This document shows, in pieces, positions 25,475-40,094 of a stretch of DNA of 64,000 nt; positions within the stretch are counted from its first letter, which is position 1; the number at the start of each line of letters is the position of its first letter. The stretch lies in NCBI RefSeq assembly GCF_009914755.1, contig NC_060925.1; one strand, written 5' to 3'. A program made the position numbers and the translations under genes. The DNA is from the human T2T-CHM13v2.0 reference genome, Homo sapiens. Under the pieces are notes generated by a model. The model made no database searches and was not told the origin of the DNA. It worked only from the letters and a program-made list of their open reading frames with translations.

Positions 25475-27514
25475 TTGACCACTTAGAGGCCTTCGTTGGA
25501 AACGGGTTTTTTTCATGTAAGGCTAGACAGAAGAATTCCCAGTAACTTCCTTGTGTTGTGTGCATTCAACTCACAGAATTGAACGTTCCCTTAGACAGAG
25601 CAGATTTGAAACACTCTATTTGTGCAATTTGCAAGTGTAGTTTTCAAGCTCTTTAAGGTCAACGGCAGAAAAGGAAATATCTTCGTTTCAAAACTAGACA
25701 GAATCATTCCCACAAACTGCGTTGTGATGTGTTCGTTCAACTCACAGAGTTTAACCTTTCTGTTCATAGAGCAGTTAGGAAACACTCTGTTTGTAAAGTC
25801 TGTAAGTGGATATTCTGACATCTTGTGGCCTTCGTTGGAAACGGGATTTCTTCATATTCTGCTAGACAGAAGAATTCTCAGTAACTTCCTTGTGTTGTGT
25901 GTATTCAACTCACAGAGTTGAACGATCCTTTACACAGAGCAGACTTGAAACACTCTTTTTGTGGAATTTGCAAGTGGAGATTTCAGCCGCTTTGAGGTCA
26001 ATGGTAGAAAAGGAAACTATCTTCATATAAAGACTAGACAGAATGATTCTCAGAAAATCTTTTCTGATGTGTGCGTTCAACTCACAGAGTTTAACTTTTC
26101 TTCTCATAGAGCAGTTAGGAAACACTCTGTTTGTAAAGTCTGCAAGTGGATATTCAGACCTCTTTGAGGCCTTCGTTGGAAACGGGATTTCTTCATATTT
26201 TGCTAGACAGAAGAATTCTCAGTAACTTCCTTGTGTTGTGTGTATTCAACTCACAGAGTTGAAGGATCCTTTACAGAGAGCAGGCTTGAAACACTCTTTT
26301 TGTCGAATTTGCAAGTGGAGATTTCAGCCGCTTTGAGGTCAATGGTAGAATAGGAAATATCTTCTTATAGAAACTAGACAGAATGATTCTCATAAACTCC
26401 TTTGTGATGTGTGCGTTCAACTCACAGAGTTTAACTTTTCTTTTCATAGAGCAGTTAGGAAACACTCTGTTTGTAAAGTCTGCAAGTGGATATTCAGACC
26501 TCTTTGAGGCCTTCGTTGGAAACGGGATTTCTTCATATTCTGCTAGACAGAAGAATTCTCAGTAACTTCCTTGTGTTGTGTGTATTCAACTCACAGAGTT
26601 GAACGATCCTTTACACAGAGCAGACTTGAAACACTCTTTTTGTGGAATTTGCAAGTGGAGATTTCAGCCGCTTTGAGGTCAATAGTAGAAAAGGAAATAT
26701 CTTCGTAGAAAAACTAGACAGAATGATTCTCAGAAACTCCTTTGTGATGTGTGTGTTCAACTCACAGAGTTTAACCTTTCTTTTCATAGAGCAGTTAGTA
26801 AACACTCTGTTTATAAAGTCTGCAAGTGGATATTCAGACCCCTTTGAGGCCTTCGTTGGAAACGGGATTTCTTCATATTCTGCTAGACAGAAGAATTCTC
26901 AGTAACTTCCTTGTGTTGTGTGTATTCAACTCACAGAGTTGAACGATCCTTTACACAGAGCAGACTTGAAACACTCTTTTTGTGGAATTTGCAAGTGGAG
27001 ATTTCAGCCGCTTTGAGGTCAATAGTAGAAAAGGAAATATCTTCGTAGAAAAACTAGACAGAATGATTCTCAGAAACTCCTTTGTGATGTGTGTGTTCAA
27101 CTCACAGAGTTTAACCTTTCTTTTCATAGAGCAGTTAGTAAACACTCTGTTTATAAAGTCTGCAAGTGGATATTCAGACCCCTTTGAGGCCTTCGTTGGA
27201 AACGGGATTTCTTCATATTATGCTAGACAGAAGAATTCTCAGTAACTTCCTTGTGTTGTGTGTATTCAACTGACAGAGTTGAACTTTCATTTAGAGAGAG
27301 CAGATTTGAAACACTGTTTTTGTGGAATTTGCAAGTGGAGATTTCAAGCGCTTTGGGGCCAAAGGCAGAAAAGGAAATATCTTCGTATAAAAACTAGACA
27401 GAATCATTCTCAGAAACTGCTGCGTGATGTGTGCGTTCAACTCTCAGAGTTTAACTTTTCTTTTCATTCAGCGGTTTGGAAACACTCTGTTTGTAAAGTC
27501 TGCACGTGGAAATT
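25475..27514 (+). repeat. HOR variant, 12-mer ABCEEF
   Basis: Two successive E dimers (ORF marks 26611 and 26951). Confidence 0.85.
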
Positions 27515-30234
27515 TTGACCACTTAGAGGCCTTCGTTGGAAACGGGTTTTTTTCATGTAAGGCTAGACAGAAGAATTCCCAGTAACTTCCTTGTGTTGTG
27601 TGCATTCAACTCACAGAGTTGAACGTTCCCTTAGACAGAGAAGATTTGAAACACTCTATTTGTGCAATTTCCAAGTGTAGATTTCAAGCGCTTTAAGGTC
27701 AACGGCAGAAAAGGAAATATCTTCGTTTCAAAACTAGACAGAATCATTCCCACAAACTGCGTTGTGATGTGTTCGTTCAACTCACAGAGTTTAACCTTTC
27801 TGTTCATAGAGCAGTTAGGAAACACTCTGTTTGTAAAGTCTGTAAGTGGATATTCTGACATCTTGTGGCCTTCGTTGGAAACGGGATTTCTTCATATTCT
27901 GCTAGACAGAAGAATTCTCAGTAACTTCCTTGTGTTGTGTGTATTCAACTTACAGAGTTGAACGATCCTTTACACAGAGCAGACTTGAAACACTCTTTTT
28001 GTGGAATTTGCAAGTGGAGATTTCAGCCGCTTTGAGGTCAATGGTAGAAAAGGAAACTATCTTCATATAAAGACTAGACAGAATGATTCTCAGAAAATCT
28101 TCTGTGATGTGTGCGTTCAACTCACAGAGTTTAACTTTTTTTCTCATAGAGCAGTTAGGAAACACTCTGTTTGTAAAGTCTGCAAGTGGATATTCAGACC
28201 TCTTTGAGGCCTTCGTTGGAAACGGGAGTTCTTCATATTATGCTAGACAGAATAATTCTCAGTAACTTCCTTGTGTTGTGTGTATTCAACTCACAGAGTT
28301 GAAGGATCCTTTGCAGAGAGCAGGCTTGAAACACTCTTTTTGTCGAATTTGCAAGTGGAGATTTCAGCCGCTTTGAGGTCAATGGTAGAATAGGAAATAT
28401 CTTCTTATAGAAACTAGACAGAATGATTCTCATAAACTCCTTTGTGATGTGTGCGTTCAACTCACAGAGTTTAACCTTTCTTTTCATAGAGCAGTTAGGA
28501 AACACTCTGTTTGTAAAGTCTGCAAGTGGATATTCAGACCTCTTTGAGGCCTTCGTTGGAAACGGGATTTCTTCCTATTCTGCTAGACAGAAGAATTCTC
28601 AGTAACTTCCTTGTGTTGTGTGTATTCAACTCACAGAGTTGAACGATCCTTTACACAGAGCAGACTTGAAACACTCTTTTTGTGGAATTTGCAAGTGGAG
28701 ATTTCAGCCGCTTTGAGGTCAATAGTAGAAAAGGAAATATCTTCGTAGAAAAACTAGACAGAATGATTCTCAGAAACTCCTTTGTGATGTGTGTGTTCAA
28801 CTCACAGAGTTTAACCTTTCTTTTCATAGAGCAGTTAGGAAACACTCTGTTTGTAAAGTCTGCAAGTGGATATTCAGACCTCCTTGAGGCCTTCGTTGGA
28901 AACGGGATTTCTTCATATTCTGCTAGACAGAAGAATTCTCAGTAACTTCCTTGTGTTGTGTTTATTCAACTCACAGAGTTGAATGATCCTTTACACAGAG
29001 CAGACTTGAAACACTCTTTTTGTGGAATTTGCAAGTGGAGATTTCAGCCGCTTTGAGGTCAATGGTAGAAAAGTAAATATCTTCGTATAAAGACTAGACA
29101 GAATGATTCTCAGAAACTCCTTTGTGATGTGTGCGTTCAACTCACAGAGTTTAACCTTTCTGTTCATAGAGCAGTTAGGAAACACTCTGTTTGTAAAGTC
29201 TGCAAGTGGATATTCAGACCTCTTTGAGGCCTTCGTTGGAAACGGGATTTCTTCATATTATGCTAGACAGAAGAATTCTCAGTAACTTCCTTGTGTTGTG
29301 TGTATTCAACTCACAGAGTTGAAGGATCCTTTACAGCGAACAGGCTTGAAACACTCTTTTTGTCGAATTTGCAAGTGGAGATTTCAGCCGCTTTGAGGTC
29401 AATGGTAGAATAGGAAATATCTTCTTATAGAAACTAGACAAAATGATTCTCATGAACTCCTTTGTGATGTGTGCGTTCAACTCACAGAGTTTAACCTTTC
29501 TTTTCATAGAGCAGTTAGGAAACACTCTGTTTGTAAAGTCTGCAAGTGGATATTCAGACCTCCTTGAGGCCTTCGTTGGAAACGGGATTTCTTCATATTC
29601 TGCTAGACAGAAGAATTCTCAGTAACTTCCTTGTGTTGTGTGTATTCAACTCACAGAGTTGAACGATCCTTTACACAGAGCAGACTTGAAACACTCTTTT
29701 TGTGGAATTTGCAAGTGGAGATTTCAGCCGCTTTGAGGTCAATAGTAGAAAAGGAAATATCTTCGTAGAAAAACTAGACAGAATGATTCTCAGAAACTCC
29801 TTTGTGATGTGTGTGTTCAACTCACAGAGTTTAACCTTTCTTTTCATAGAGCAGTTAGTAAACACTCTGTTTATAAAGTCTGCAAGTGGATATTCAGACC
29901 CCTTTGAGGCCTTCGTTGGAAACGGGATTTCTTCATATTATGCTAGACAGAAGAATTCTCAGTAACTTCCTTGTGTTGTGTGTATTCAACTGACAGAGTT
30001 GAACTTTCATTTGGAGAGAGCAGATTTGAAACACTGTTTTTGTGGAATTTGCAAGTGGAGATTTCAAGCGCTTTGGGGCCAAAGGCAGAAAAGGAAATAT
30101 CCTCGTATAAAAACAAGACAGAATCATTCTCAGAAACTGCTGCTTGATGTGTGCGTTCAACTCTCAGAGTTTAACTTTTCTTTTCATTCAGCGGTTTGGA
30201 AACACTCTGTTTGTAAAGTCTGCACGTGGATATT
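27515..30234 (+). repeat. HOR variant, 16-mer ABC(E-hybrid)DCEF
   Basis: 2720-bp spacing and dimer barcodes. Confidence 0.8.
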
Positions 30235-32273
30235 TTGACCACTTAGAGGCCTTCGTTGGAAACGGGTTTTTTTCATGTAAGGCTAGACAGAAGAATTCCC
30301 AGTAACTTCCTTGTGTTGTGTGCATTCAACTCACAGAGTTGAACGTTCCCTTAGACAGAGCAGATTTGAAACACTCTATTTGTGCAATTTGCAAGTGTAG
30401 ATTTCAAGCGCTTTAAGGTCAACGGCAGAAAAGGAAATATCTTCGTTTCAAAACTAGACAGAATCATTCCCACAAACTGCGTTGTGATGTGTTCGTTCAA
30501 CTCACAGAGTTTAACCTTTCTGTTCATAGAGCAGTTAGGAAACACTCTGTTTGTAAAGTCTGTAAGTGGATATTCTGACATCTTGAGGCCTTCGTTGGAA
30601 ACGGGATTTCTTCATATTCTGCTAGACAGAAGAATTCTCAGTAACTTCCTTGTGTTGTGTGTATTCAACTCACAGAGTTGAACGATCCTTTACACAGAGC
30701 AGGCTTCAAACACTCTTTTTGTCGAATTTGCAAGTGGAGATTTCAGCCGCTTTGAGGTCAATGGTAGAATAGGAAATATCTTCTTATAGAAACTAGACAG
30801 AATGATTCTCAGAAACTCCTTTGTGATGTGTGCGTTCAACTCACAGAGTTTAACCTTTATTTTCATAGAGCAGTTAGGAAACACTCTGTTTGTAAAGTCT
30901 GCAAGTGGATATTCAGACCTCCCTGAGGCCTTCGTTGGAAAAGGGATTTCTTCATATTCTGCTACACAGAAGAATTCTCAGTAACTTCCTTGTGTTGTGT
31001 GTATTCAACTCACAGAGTTGAACGATCCTTTACACAGAGCAGACTTGAAACACTCTTTTTGTGGAATTTGCAAGTGGAGATTTCAGCCGCTTTGAGGTCA
31101 ATGGTAGAAAAGGAAATATCTTCGTATAAAGACTAGACAGAATGATTCTCAGAAACTCCTTTGTGATGTGTGCGTTCAACTCACAGAGTTTAACTTTTCT
31201 TTTCATAGAGCAGTTAGGAAACACTCTGTTTGTAAAGTCTGCAAGTGGATATTCAGACCTCTTTGAGGCCTTCGTTGGAAACGGGATTTCTTCATATTAT
31301 GCTAGACAGAAGAATTCTCAGTAACTTCCTTGTGTTGTGTGTATTCAACTCACAGAGTTGAACGATCCTTTACACAGAGCAGACTTGAAACATTCTTTTT
31401 GTGGAATTTGCAAGTGGAGATTTCAGCCGCTTTGAGGTCAATGGTAGAATAGGAAATATCTTCCTATAGAAACTAGACAGAACGATTCTCAGAAACTCCT
31501 TTGTGATGTGTGCGTTCAACTCACAGAGTTTAACCTTTCTTTTCATAGAGCAGTTAGGAAACACTCTGTTTGTAAAGTCTGCAAGTGGATATTCAGACCT
31601 CTTTGAGGCCTTCGTTGGAAACGGGATTTCTTCATATTCTGCTAGACAGAAGAATTCTCAGTAACTTCCTTGTGTTGTGTGTATTCAACTCACAGAGTTG
31701 AACGATCCTTTACACAGAGCAGACTTGAAACACTCTTTTTGTGGAATTTGCAAGTGGAGATTTCTGCCGCTTTGAGGTCAATAGTAGAAAAGGAAATATC
31801 TTCGTAGAAAAAGTAGACAGTATGATTCTCAGAAACTCCTTTGTGATGTGTGTGTTCAACTCACAGAGTTTAACCTTTCTTTTCATAGAGCAGTTAGTAA
31901 ACACTCTGTTTATAAAGTCTGCAAGTGGATATTGAGACCCCTTTGAGGCCTTCGTTGGAAACGGGATTTCTTCATATTATGCTAGACAGAAGAATTCTCA
32001 GTAACTTCCTTGTGTTGTGTGTATTCAACTGACAGAGTTGAACTTTCATTTAGAGAGAGCAGATTTGAAACACTGTTTTTGTGGAATTTGCAAGTGGAGA
32101 TTTCAAGCGCTTTGGGGCCAAGGGCAGAAAAGGAAATATCTTCGTATAAAAACTAGACAGAATCATTCTCAGAAGCTGCTGCGTGATGTGTGCGTTCAAC
32201 TCTCAGAGTTTAACTTTTCTTTTCATTCAGCGGTTTGGAAACACTCTGTTTGTAAAGTCTGCACGTGGATATT
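30235..32273 (+). repeat. HOR variant, 12-mer ACGHEF lacking B (2039 bp)
   Basis: The 339-bp A is not followed by the 341-bp B. Confidence 0.8.
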
Positions 32274-35200
32274 TTGACCACTTAGAGGCCTTCGTTGGAA
32301 ACGGGTTTTTTTCATGTAAGGCTAGACAGAAGAATTCCCAGTAACTTCCTTGTGTTGTGTGCATTCAACTCACAGAGTTGAACGTTCCCTTAGACAGAGC
32401 AGATTTGAAACACTCTATTTGTGCAATTTGCAAGTGTAGATTTCAAGCGCTTTAAGGTCAACGGCAGAAAAGGAAATATCTTCGTTTCAAAACTAGACAG
32501 AATCATTCCCACAAACTGCGTTGTGATGTGTTCGTTCAACTCACAGAGTTTAACCTTTCTGTTCATAGAGCAGTTAGGAAACACTCTGTTTGTAAAGTCT
32601 GTAAGTGGATATTCTGACATCTTGTGGCCTTCGTTGGAAACGGGATTTCTTCACATTCTGCTAGACAGAAGAATTCTCAGTAACTTCCTTCTGTTGTGTG
32701 TATTCAACTCACAGAGTTGAACGATCCTTTACACAGAGCAGACTTGAAACACTCTTTTTGTGGAATTTGCAAGTGGAGATTTCAGCCGCTTTGAGGTCAA
32801 TGGTAGAAAAGGAAACTATCCTCTTATAAAGACTAGACAGAATGATTCTCAGAAAATCTTTTGTGATGTGTGCGTTCAACTCACAGAGTTTAACTTTTCT
32901 TCTCATAGAGCAGTTAGGAAACACTCTGTTTGTAAAGTGTGCAAGTGGATATTCAGACCTCTTTGAGGCCTTCGTTGGAAACGGGATTTCTTCATATTCT
33001 GCTAGACAGAAGAATTCTCAGTAACTTCCTTGTGTTGTGTGTATTCAACTCACAGAGTTGAAGGATCCTTTACAGAGAGCAGGCTTCAAACACTCTTTTT
33101 GTCGAATTTGGAAGTGGAGATTTCAGCCGCTTTGAGGTCAATGGTAGAATAGGAAATATCTTCTTATAGAAACTAGACAGAATGATTCTCAGAAACTCCT
33201 TTGTGATGTGTGCGTTCAACTCACAGAGTTTAACCTTTCTTTTCATAGAGCAGTTAGGAAACACTCTGTTTGTAAAGTCTGCAAGTGGATATTCAGACCT
33301 CCCTGAGGCCTTCGTTGGAAACGGGATTTCTTCATATTCTGCTACACAGAAGAATTCTCAGTAACTTCCTTGTGTTGTGTGTATTCAACTCACAGAGTTG
33401 AACGATCCTTTACACAGAGCAGACTTGAAACACTCTTTTTGTGGAATTTGCAAGTGGAGATTTCAGCCGCTTTGAGGTCAATAGTAGAAAAGGAAATATC
33501 TTCGTAGAAAAACTAGGCAGACTGATTCTCAGAAACTCCTTTGTGATGTGTGTGTTCAACTCACAGAGTTTAACCTTTCTTTTCATAGAGCAGTTAGTAA
33601 ACACTCTGTTTATAAAGTCTGCAAGTGGATATTCAGACCCCTTTGAGGCCTTCGTTGGAAACGGGATTTCTTCATATTATGCTAGACAGAAGAATTCTCA
33701 GTAACTTCCTTGTGTTGTGTGTATTCAACTGACAGAGTTGAACTTTCATTTAGAGAGAGCAGATTTGAAACACTGTTTTTGTGGAATTTGCAAGTGGAGA
33801 TTTCAAGCGCTTTGGGGCCAAGGGCAGAAAAGGAAATATCTTCGTATAAAAACTAGACAGAATCATTCTCAGAAACTGCTGCGTGATGTGTGCGTTCAAC
33901 TCTCAGAGTTTAACTTTTCTTTTCATTCAGCGGTTTGGAAACACTCTGTTTGTAAAGTCTGCACGTGGATATTTTGACCACTTAGAGGCCTTCGTTGGAA
34001 ACGGGTTTTTTTTCATGTAAGGCTAGACAGAAGAATTCCCAGTAACTTCCTTGTGTTGTGTGCATTCAACTCACAGAGTTGAACGTTCCCTTAGACAGAG
34101 CAGATTTGAAACACTCTATTTGTGCAATTTGCAAGTGTAGATTTCAAGCGCTTTAAGGTCAACGGCAGAAAAGGAAATATCTTCGTTTCAAAACTAGACA
34201 GAATCATTCCCACAAACTGCGTTGTGATGTGTTCGTTCAACTCACAGAGTTTAACCTTTCTGTTCATAGAGCAGTTAGGAAACACTCTGTTTGTAAAGTC
34301 TGTAAGTGGATATTCTGACATCTTGTGGCCTTCGTTGGAAACGGGATTTCTTCATATTCTGCTAGACAGAAGAATTCTCAGTAACTTCCTTGTGTTGTGT
34401 GTATTCAACTCACAGAGTTGAACGATCCTTTACACAGAGCAGACTTGAAACACTCTTTTTGTGGAATTTGCAAGTGGAGATTTCAGCCGCTTTGAGGTCA
34501 ATGGTAGAAAAGGAAACTATCTTCTTATAAAGACTAGACAGAATGATTCTCAGAAAATCTTTTGTGATGTGTGCGTTCAACTCACAGAGTTTAACTTTTC
34601 TTCTCATAGACCAGTTAGGAAACACTCTGTTTGTAAAGTGTGCAAGTGGATATTCAGACCTCTTTGAGGCCTTCGTTGGAAACGGGATTTCTTCATATTC
34701 TGCTAGACAGAAGAATTCTCAGAAACTTCCTTGTGTTGTGTGTATTCAACTCACAGAGTTGAAGGATCCTTTACAGAGAGCAGGCTTCAAACACTCTTTT
34801 TGTCGAATTTGCAAGTGGAGATTTCAGCCGCTTTGAGGTCAATGGTAGAATAGGAAATATCTTCTTATAGAAACTAGACAGAATGATTCTCAGAAACTCC
34901 TTTGTGATGTGTGCGTTCAACTCACAGAGTTTAACCTTTCTTTTCATAGAGCAGTTAGGAAACACTCTGTTTGTAAAGTCTGCAAGTGGATATTCAGACC
35001 TCCCTGAGGCCTTCGTTGGAAACGGGATTTCTTCATATTCTGCTACACAGAAGAATTCTCAGTAACTTCCTTGTGTTGTGTGTATTCAACTCACAGAGTT
35101 GAACGATTCTTTACACAGAGCAGACTTGAAACACTCTTTTTGTGGAATTTGCAAGTGGAGATTTCAGCCGCTTTGAGGTCAATGGTAGAAAAGGAAATAT

Positions 35201-36354
35201 CTTCGTATAAAGACTAGACAGAATGATTCTCATAAACTCCTTTGTGATGTGTGCGTTCAACTCACAGAGTTTAACTTTTCTTTTCATAGAGCAGTTAGGA
35301 AACACTCTGTTTGTAAAGTCTGCAAGTGGATATTCAGACCTCTTTGAGGCCTTCGTTGGAAACGGGATTTCTTCATATTTTGCTAGACAGAAGAATTCCC
35401 AGTAACTTCCTTGTGTTGTGTGCACTCAACTCACAGAGTTGAACGTTCCCTTAGACAGAGCAGATTTGAAACACTCTATTTGTGCAATTTGCAAGTGGAG
35501 ATTTCAAGCGCTTTATGGTCAATGGAAGAAAAGGAAATATCTTCGTTTCAAAACTAGACAGAATCATTCCCACAAACTGCGTTGTGATGTGTTCGTTCAA
35601 CTCACAGAGTTTAACCTTTCTGTTCATAGAGCAGTTAGGAAACACTCTGTTTGTAAAGTCTGCAAGTGGATATTCAGACCTCTTTGAGGCCTTCGTTGGA
35701 AACGGGATTTCTTCATATTCTGCTAGACAGAAGAATTCTCAGTAACTTCCTTGTGTTGTGTGTATTCAACTCACAGAGTTGAACGATCCTTTACACAGAG
35801 CAGACTTGAAACACTCTTTTTGTGGAATTTGCAAGTGGAGATTTCAGCCGCTTTGAGGTCAATAGTAGAAAAGGAAATATCTTCGTAGAAAAACTAGACA
35901 GAATGATTCTCAGAAACTCCTTTGTGATGTGTGTGTTCAACTCACAGAGTTTAACCTTTCTTTTCATAGAGCAGTTAGTAAACACTCTGTTTATAAAGTC
36001 TGCAAGTGGATATTCAGACCCCTTTGAGGCCTTCGTTGGAAACGGGATTTCTTCATATTATGCTAGACAGAAGAATTCTCAGTAACTTCCTTGTGTTGTG
36101 TGTATTCAACTGACAGAGTTGAACTATCATTTACAGAGAGCAGATTTGAAACACTGTTTTTGTGGAATTTGCAAGTGGAGATTTCAAGCGCTTTGGGGCC
36201 AAAGGAAGAAAAGGAAATATCTTCGTATGAAAACTAGACAGAATCATTCTCAGAAACTGCTGCGTGATGTGTGCGTTCAACTCTCAGAGTTTAACTTTTC
36301 TTTTCATTCAGCGGTTTGGAAACACTCTGTTTGTAAAGTCTGCACGTGGAAATT
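32274..36354 (+). repeat. HOR variants, 10-mer ABCEF (1700) and 14-mer ABCG(A-hybrid)EF (2381)
   Basis: Landmarks at 32274, 33974 and 36355. Confidence 0.8.
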
Positions 36355-39300
36355 TTGACCACTTAGAGGCCTTCGTTGGAATCGGGTTTTTTTCATGTAA
36401 GGCTAGACAGAAGAATTCCCAGTAACTTCCTTGTGTTGTGTGCATTCAACTCACAGAGTTGAACGTTCCCTTAGACAGAGCAGATTTGAAACACTCTATT
36501 TGTGCAATTTGCAAGTGTAGATTTCAAGCGCTTTAAGGTCAATGGCAGAAAAGGAAATATCTTCGTTTCAAAACTAGACAGAATCATTCCCACAAACTGC
36601 GTTGTGATGTGTTCGTTCAACTCACAGAGTTTAACCTTTCTGTTCATAGAGCAGTTAGGAAACACTCTGTTTGTAAAGTCTGCAAGTGGATATTCAGACC
36701 TCCTTGAGGCCTTCGTTGGAAACGGGATTTCTTCATATTCTGCTAGACAGAAGAATTCTCAGTAACTTCCTTGTGTTGTGTGTATTCAACTCACAGAGTT
36801 GAACGATCCTTTACACAGAGCAGACTTGAAACACTCTTTTTGTGGAATTTGCAAGTGGAGATTTCAGCCGCTTTGAGGTCAATGGTAGAATAGGAAATAT
36901 CTTCCTATAGAAACTAGACAGAATGATTCTCAGAAACTCCTTTGTGATGTGTGCGTTCAACTCACAGAGTTTAACCTTTCTTTTCATAGAGCAGTTAGGA
37001 AACACTCTGTTTGTAAAGTCTGCAAGTGGATATTCAGACCTCTTTGAGGCCTTCGTTGGAAACGGGATTTCTTCATATTCTGCTAGACAGAAGAATTCTC
37101 AGTAACTTCCTTGTGTTGTGTGTATTCAACTCACAGAGTTGAACGATCCTTTACACAGAGCAGACTTGAAACCCTCTTTTTGTGGAATTTGCAAGTGGAG
37201 ATTTCAGCCGCTTTGAGGTCAATAGTAGAAAAGGAAATATCTTCGTAGAAAAACTAGACAGAATGATTCTCAGAAACTCCTTTGTGATGTGTGTGTTCAA
37301 CTCACAGAGTTTAACCTTTCTTTTCATAGAGCAGTTAGTAAACACTCTGTTTATAAAGTCTGCAAGTGGATATTCAGACCCCTTTGAGGCCTTCGTTGGA
37401 AACGGGATTTCTTCATATTATGCTAGACAGAAGAATTCTCAGTAACTTCCTTGTGTTGTGTGTATTCAACTTACAGAGTTGAACTATCATTTAGAGAGAG
37501 CAGATTTGAAACACTGTTTTTGTGGAATTTGCAAGTGGAGATTTCAAGCGCTTTGGGGCCAAAGGCAGAAAAGGAAATATCTTCGTATAAAAACTAGACA
37601 GAATCATTCTCAGAAACTGCTGGGTGATGTGTGCGTTCAACTCTCAGAGTTTAACTTTTCTTTTCATTCAGCGGTTTGGAAACACTCTGTTTGTAAAGTC
37701 TGCACGTGGAAATTTTGACCACTTAGAGGCCTTCGTTGGAAACGGGTTTTATTCATGTAAGGCTAGACAGAAGAATTCCCAGTAACTTCCTTGTGTTGTG
37801 TGCATTCAACTCACAGAGTTGAACGTTCCCTTAGACAGAGCAGATTTGAAACACTCTATTTGTGCAATTTGCAAGTGTAGATTTCAAGCGCTTTAAGGTC
37901 AATGGCAGAAAAGGAAATATCTTCGTTTTAAAACTAGACAGAATCATTCCCACAAACTGCGTTGTGATGTGTTCGTTCAACTCACAGAGTTTAACCTTTC
38001 TGTTCATAGAGCAGTTAGGAAACACTCTGTTTGTAAAGTCTGTAAGTGGATATTCTGACATCTTGTGGCCTTCGTTGGAAACGGGATTTCTTCATATTCT
38101 GCTAGACAGAAGAATTCTCAGTAACTTCCTTGTGTTGTGTGTATTCAACTCACAGAGTTGAACGATCCTTTACACAGAGCAGACTTGAAACACTCTTTTT
38201 GTGGAATTTGCAAGTGGAGATTTCAGCCGCTTTGAGGTCAATGGTAGAAAAGGAAACTATCTTCATATAAAGACTAGACAGAATGATTCTCAGAAAATCT
38301 TTTGTGATGTGTGCGTTCAACTCACAGAGTTTAACTTTTCTTCTCATAGAGCAGTTAGGAAACACTCTGTTTGTAAAGTCTGCAAGTGGATATTCAGACC
38401 TCTTTGAGGCCTTCGTTGGAAACGGGATTTCTTCATATTATGCTAGACAGAATAATTCTCAGTAACTTCCTTGTGTTGTGTGTATTCAACTCACAGAGTT
38501 GAAGGATCCTTTACAGAGAGCAGGCTTGAAACACTCTTTTTGTGGAATTTGCAAGTGGAGATTTCAGCCGCTTTGAGGTCAATGGTAGAATAGGAAATAT
38601 CTTCTTATAGAAACTAGACAGAATGATTCTCATAAACTCCTTTGTGATGTGTGCGTTCAACTCACAGAATTTAACCTTTCTTTTCATAGAGTAGTTAGGA
38701 AACACTCTGTTTGTAAAGTCTGCAAGTGGATATTCAGACCTCCTTGAGGCCTTCGTTGGAAACGGGATTTCTTCATATTCTGCTAGACAGAAGAATTCTC
38801 AGTAACTTCCTTGTGTTGTGTTTATTCAACTCACAGAGTTGAATGATCCTTTACACAGAGCAGACTTGAAACACTCTTTTTGTGGAATTTGCAAGTGGAG
38901 ATTTCAGCCACTTTGAGGTCAATGGTAGAAAAGTAAATATCTTCGGATAAACACTAGACAGAATGATTCTCAGAAACTCCTTTGTGATGTGTGTGTTCAA
39001 CTCACAGAGTTTAACTTTTCTTTTCATAGAGCAGTTAGGAAACACTCTGTTTGTAAAGTCTGCAAGTGGATATTCAGACCTCTTTGAGGCCTTCGTTGGA
39101 AACGGGATTTCTTCATATTCTGCTAGACAGAAGAATTCTCAGTAACTTCCTTGTGTTGGGTGTATTCAACTCACAGAGTTGAACGATCCTTTACACAGAG
39201 CAGACTTGAAACATTCTTTTTGTGGAATTTGCAAGTGGAGATTTCAGCCGCTTTGAAGTCAATGGTAGAAAAGGAAATATCTTCGTATAAAGACTAGACA

Positions 39301-40094
39301 GAATGATTCTCAGAAACTCCTTTGTGATGTGTGCGTTCAACTCACAGAGTTTAACCTTTCTTTTCATAGAGCAGTTAGGAAACACTCTGTTTGTAAAGTC
39401 TGCAAATGGATATTCAGACCTCTTTGAGGCCTTCGTTGGAAACGGGATTTCTTCATATTCTGCTAGACAGAAGAATTCTCAGTAACTTCCTTGTGTTGTG
39501 TGTATTCACCTCACAGAGTTGAACGATCCTTTACACAGAGCAGACTTGAAACACTCTTTTTGTGGAATTTGCAAGTGGAGATTTCAGCCGCTTTGAGGTC
39601 AATAGTAGAAAAGGAAATATCTTCGTAGAAAAACTAGACAGAATGATTCTCAGAAACTCCTTTGTGATGTGTGTGTTCAACTCACAGAGTTTAACCTTTC
39701 TTTTCATAGAGCAGTTAGTAAACACTCTGTTTATAAAGTCTGCAAGTGGATATTCAGACCCCTTTGAGGCCTTCGTTGGAAACGGGATTTCATCATATTA
39801 TGCTAGACAGAAGAATTCTCAGTAACTTCCTTGTGTTGTGTGTATTCAACTGACAGAGTTGAACTATCATTTAGAGAGAGCAGATTTGAAACACTGTTTT
39901 TGTGGAATTTGCAAGTGGAGATTTCAAGCGCTTTGGGGCCAAAGGAAGAAAAGGAAATATCCTCGTATAAAAACTAGACAGAATCATTCTCAGAAACTGC
40001 TGCGTGATGTGTGCGTTCAACAATCAGAGTTTAACTTTTCTTTTCATTCAGCGGTTTGGAAACACTCTGTTTGTAAAGTCTGCACGTGGAAATT
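36355..40094 (+). repeat. HOR variants, 8-mer (A-hybrid)HEF (1360) and 14-mer ABCDGEF (2380)
   Basis: Landmarks at 36355, 37715 and 40095. Confidence 0.8.
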
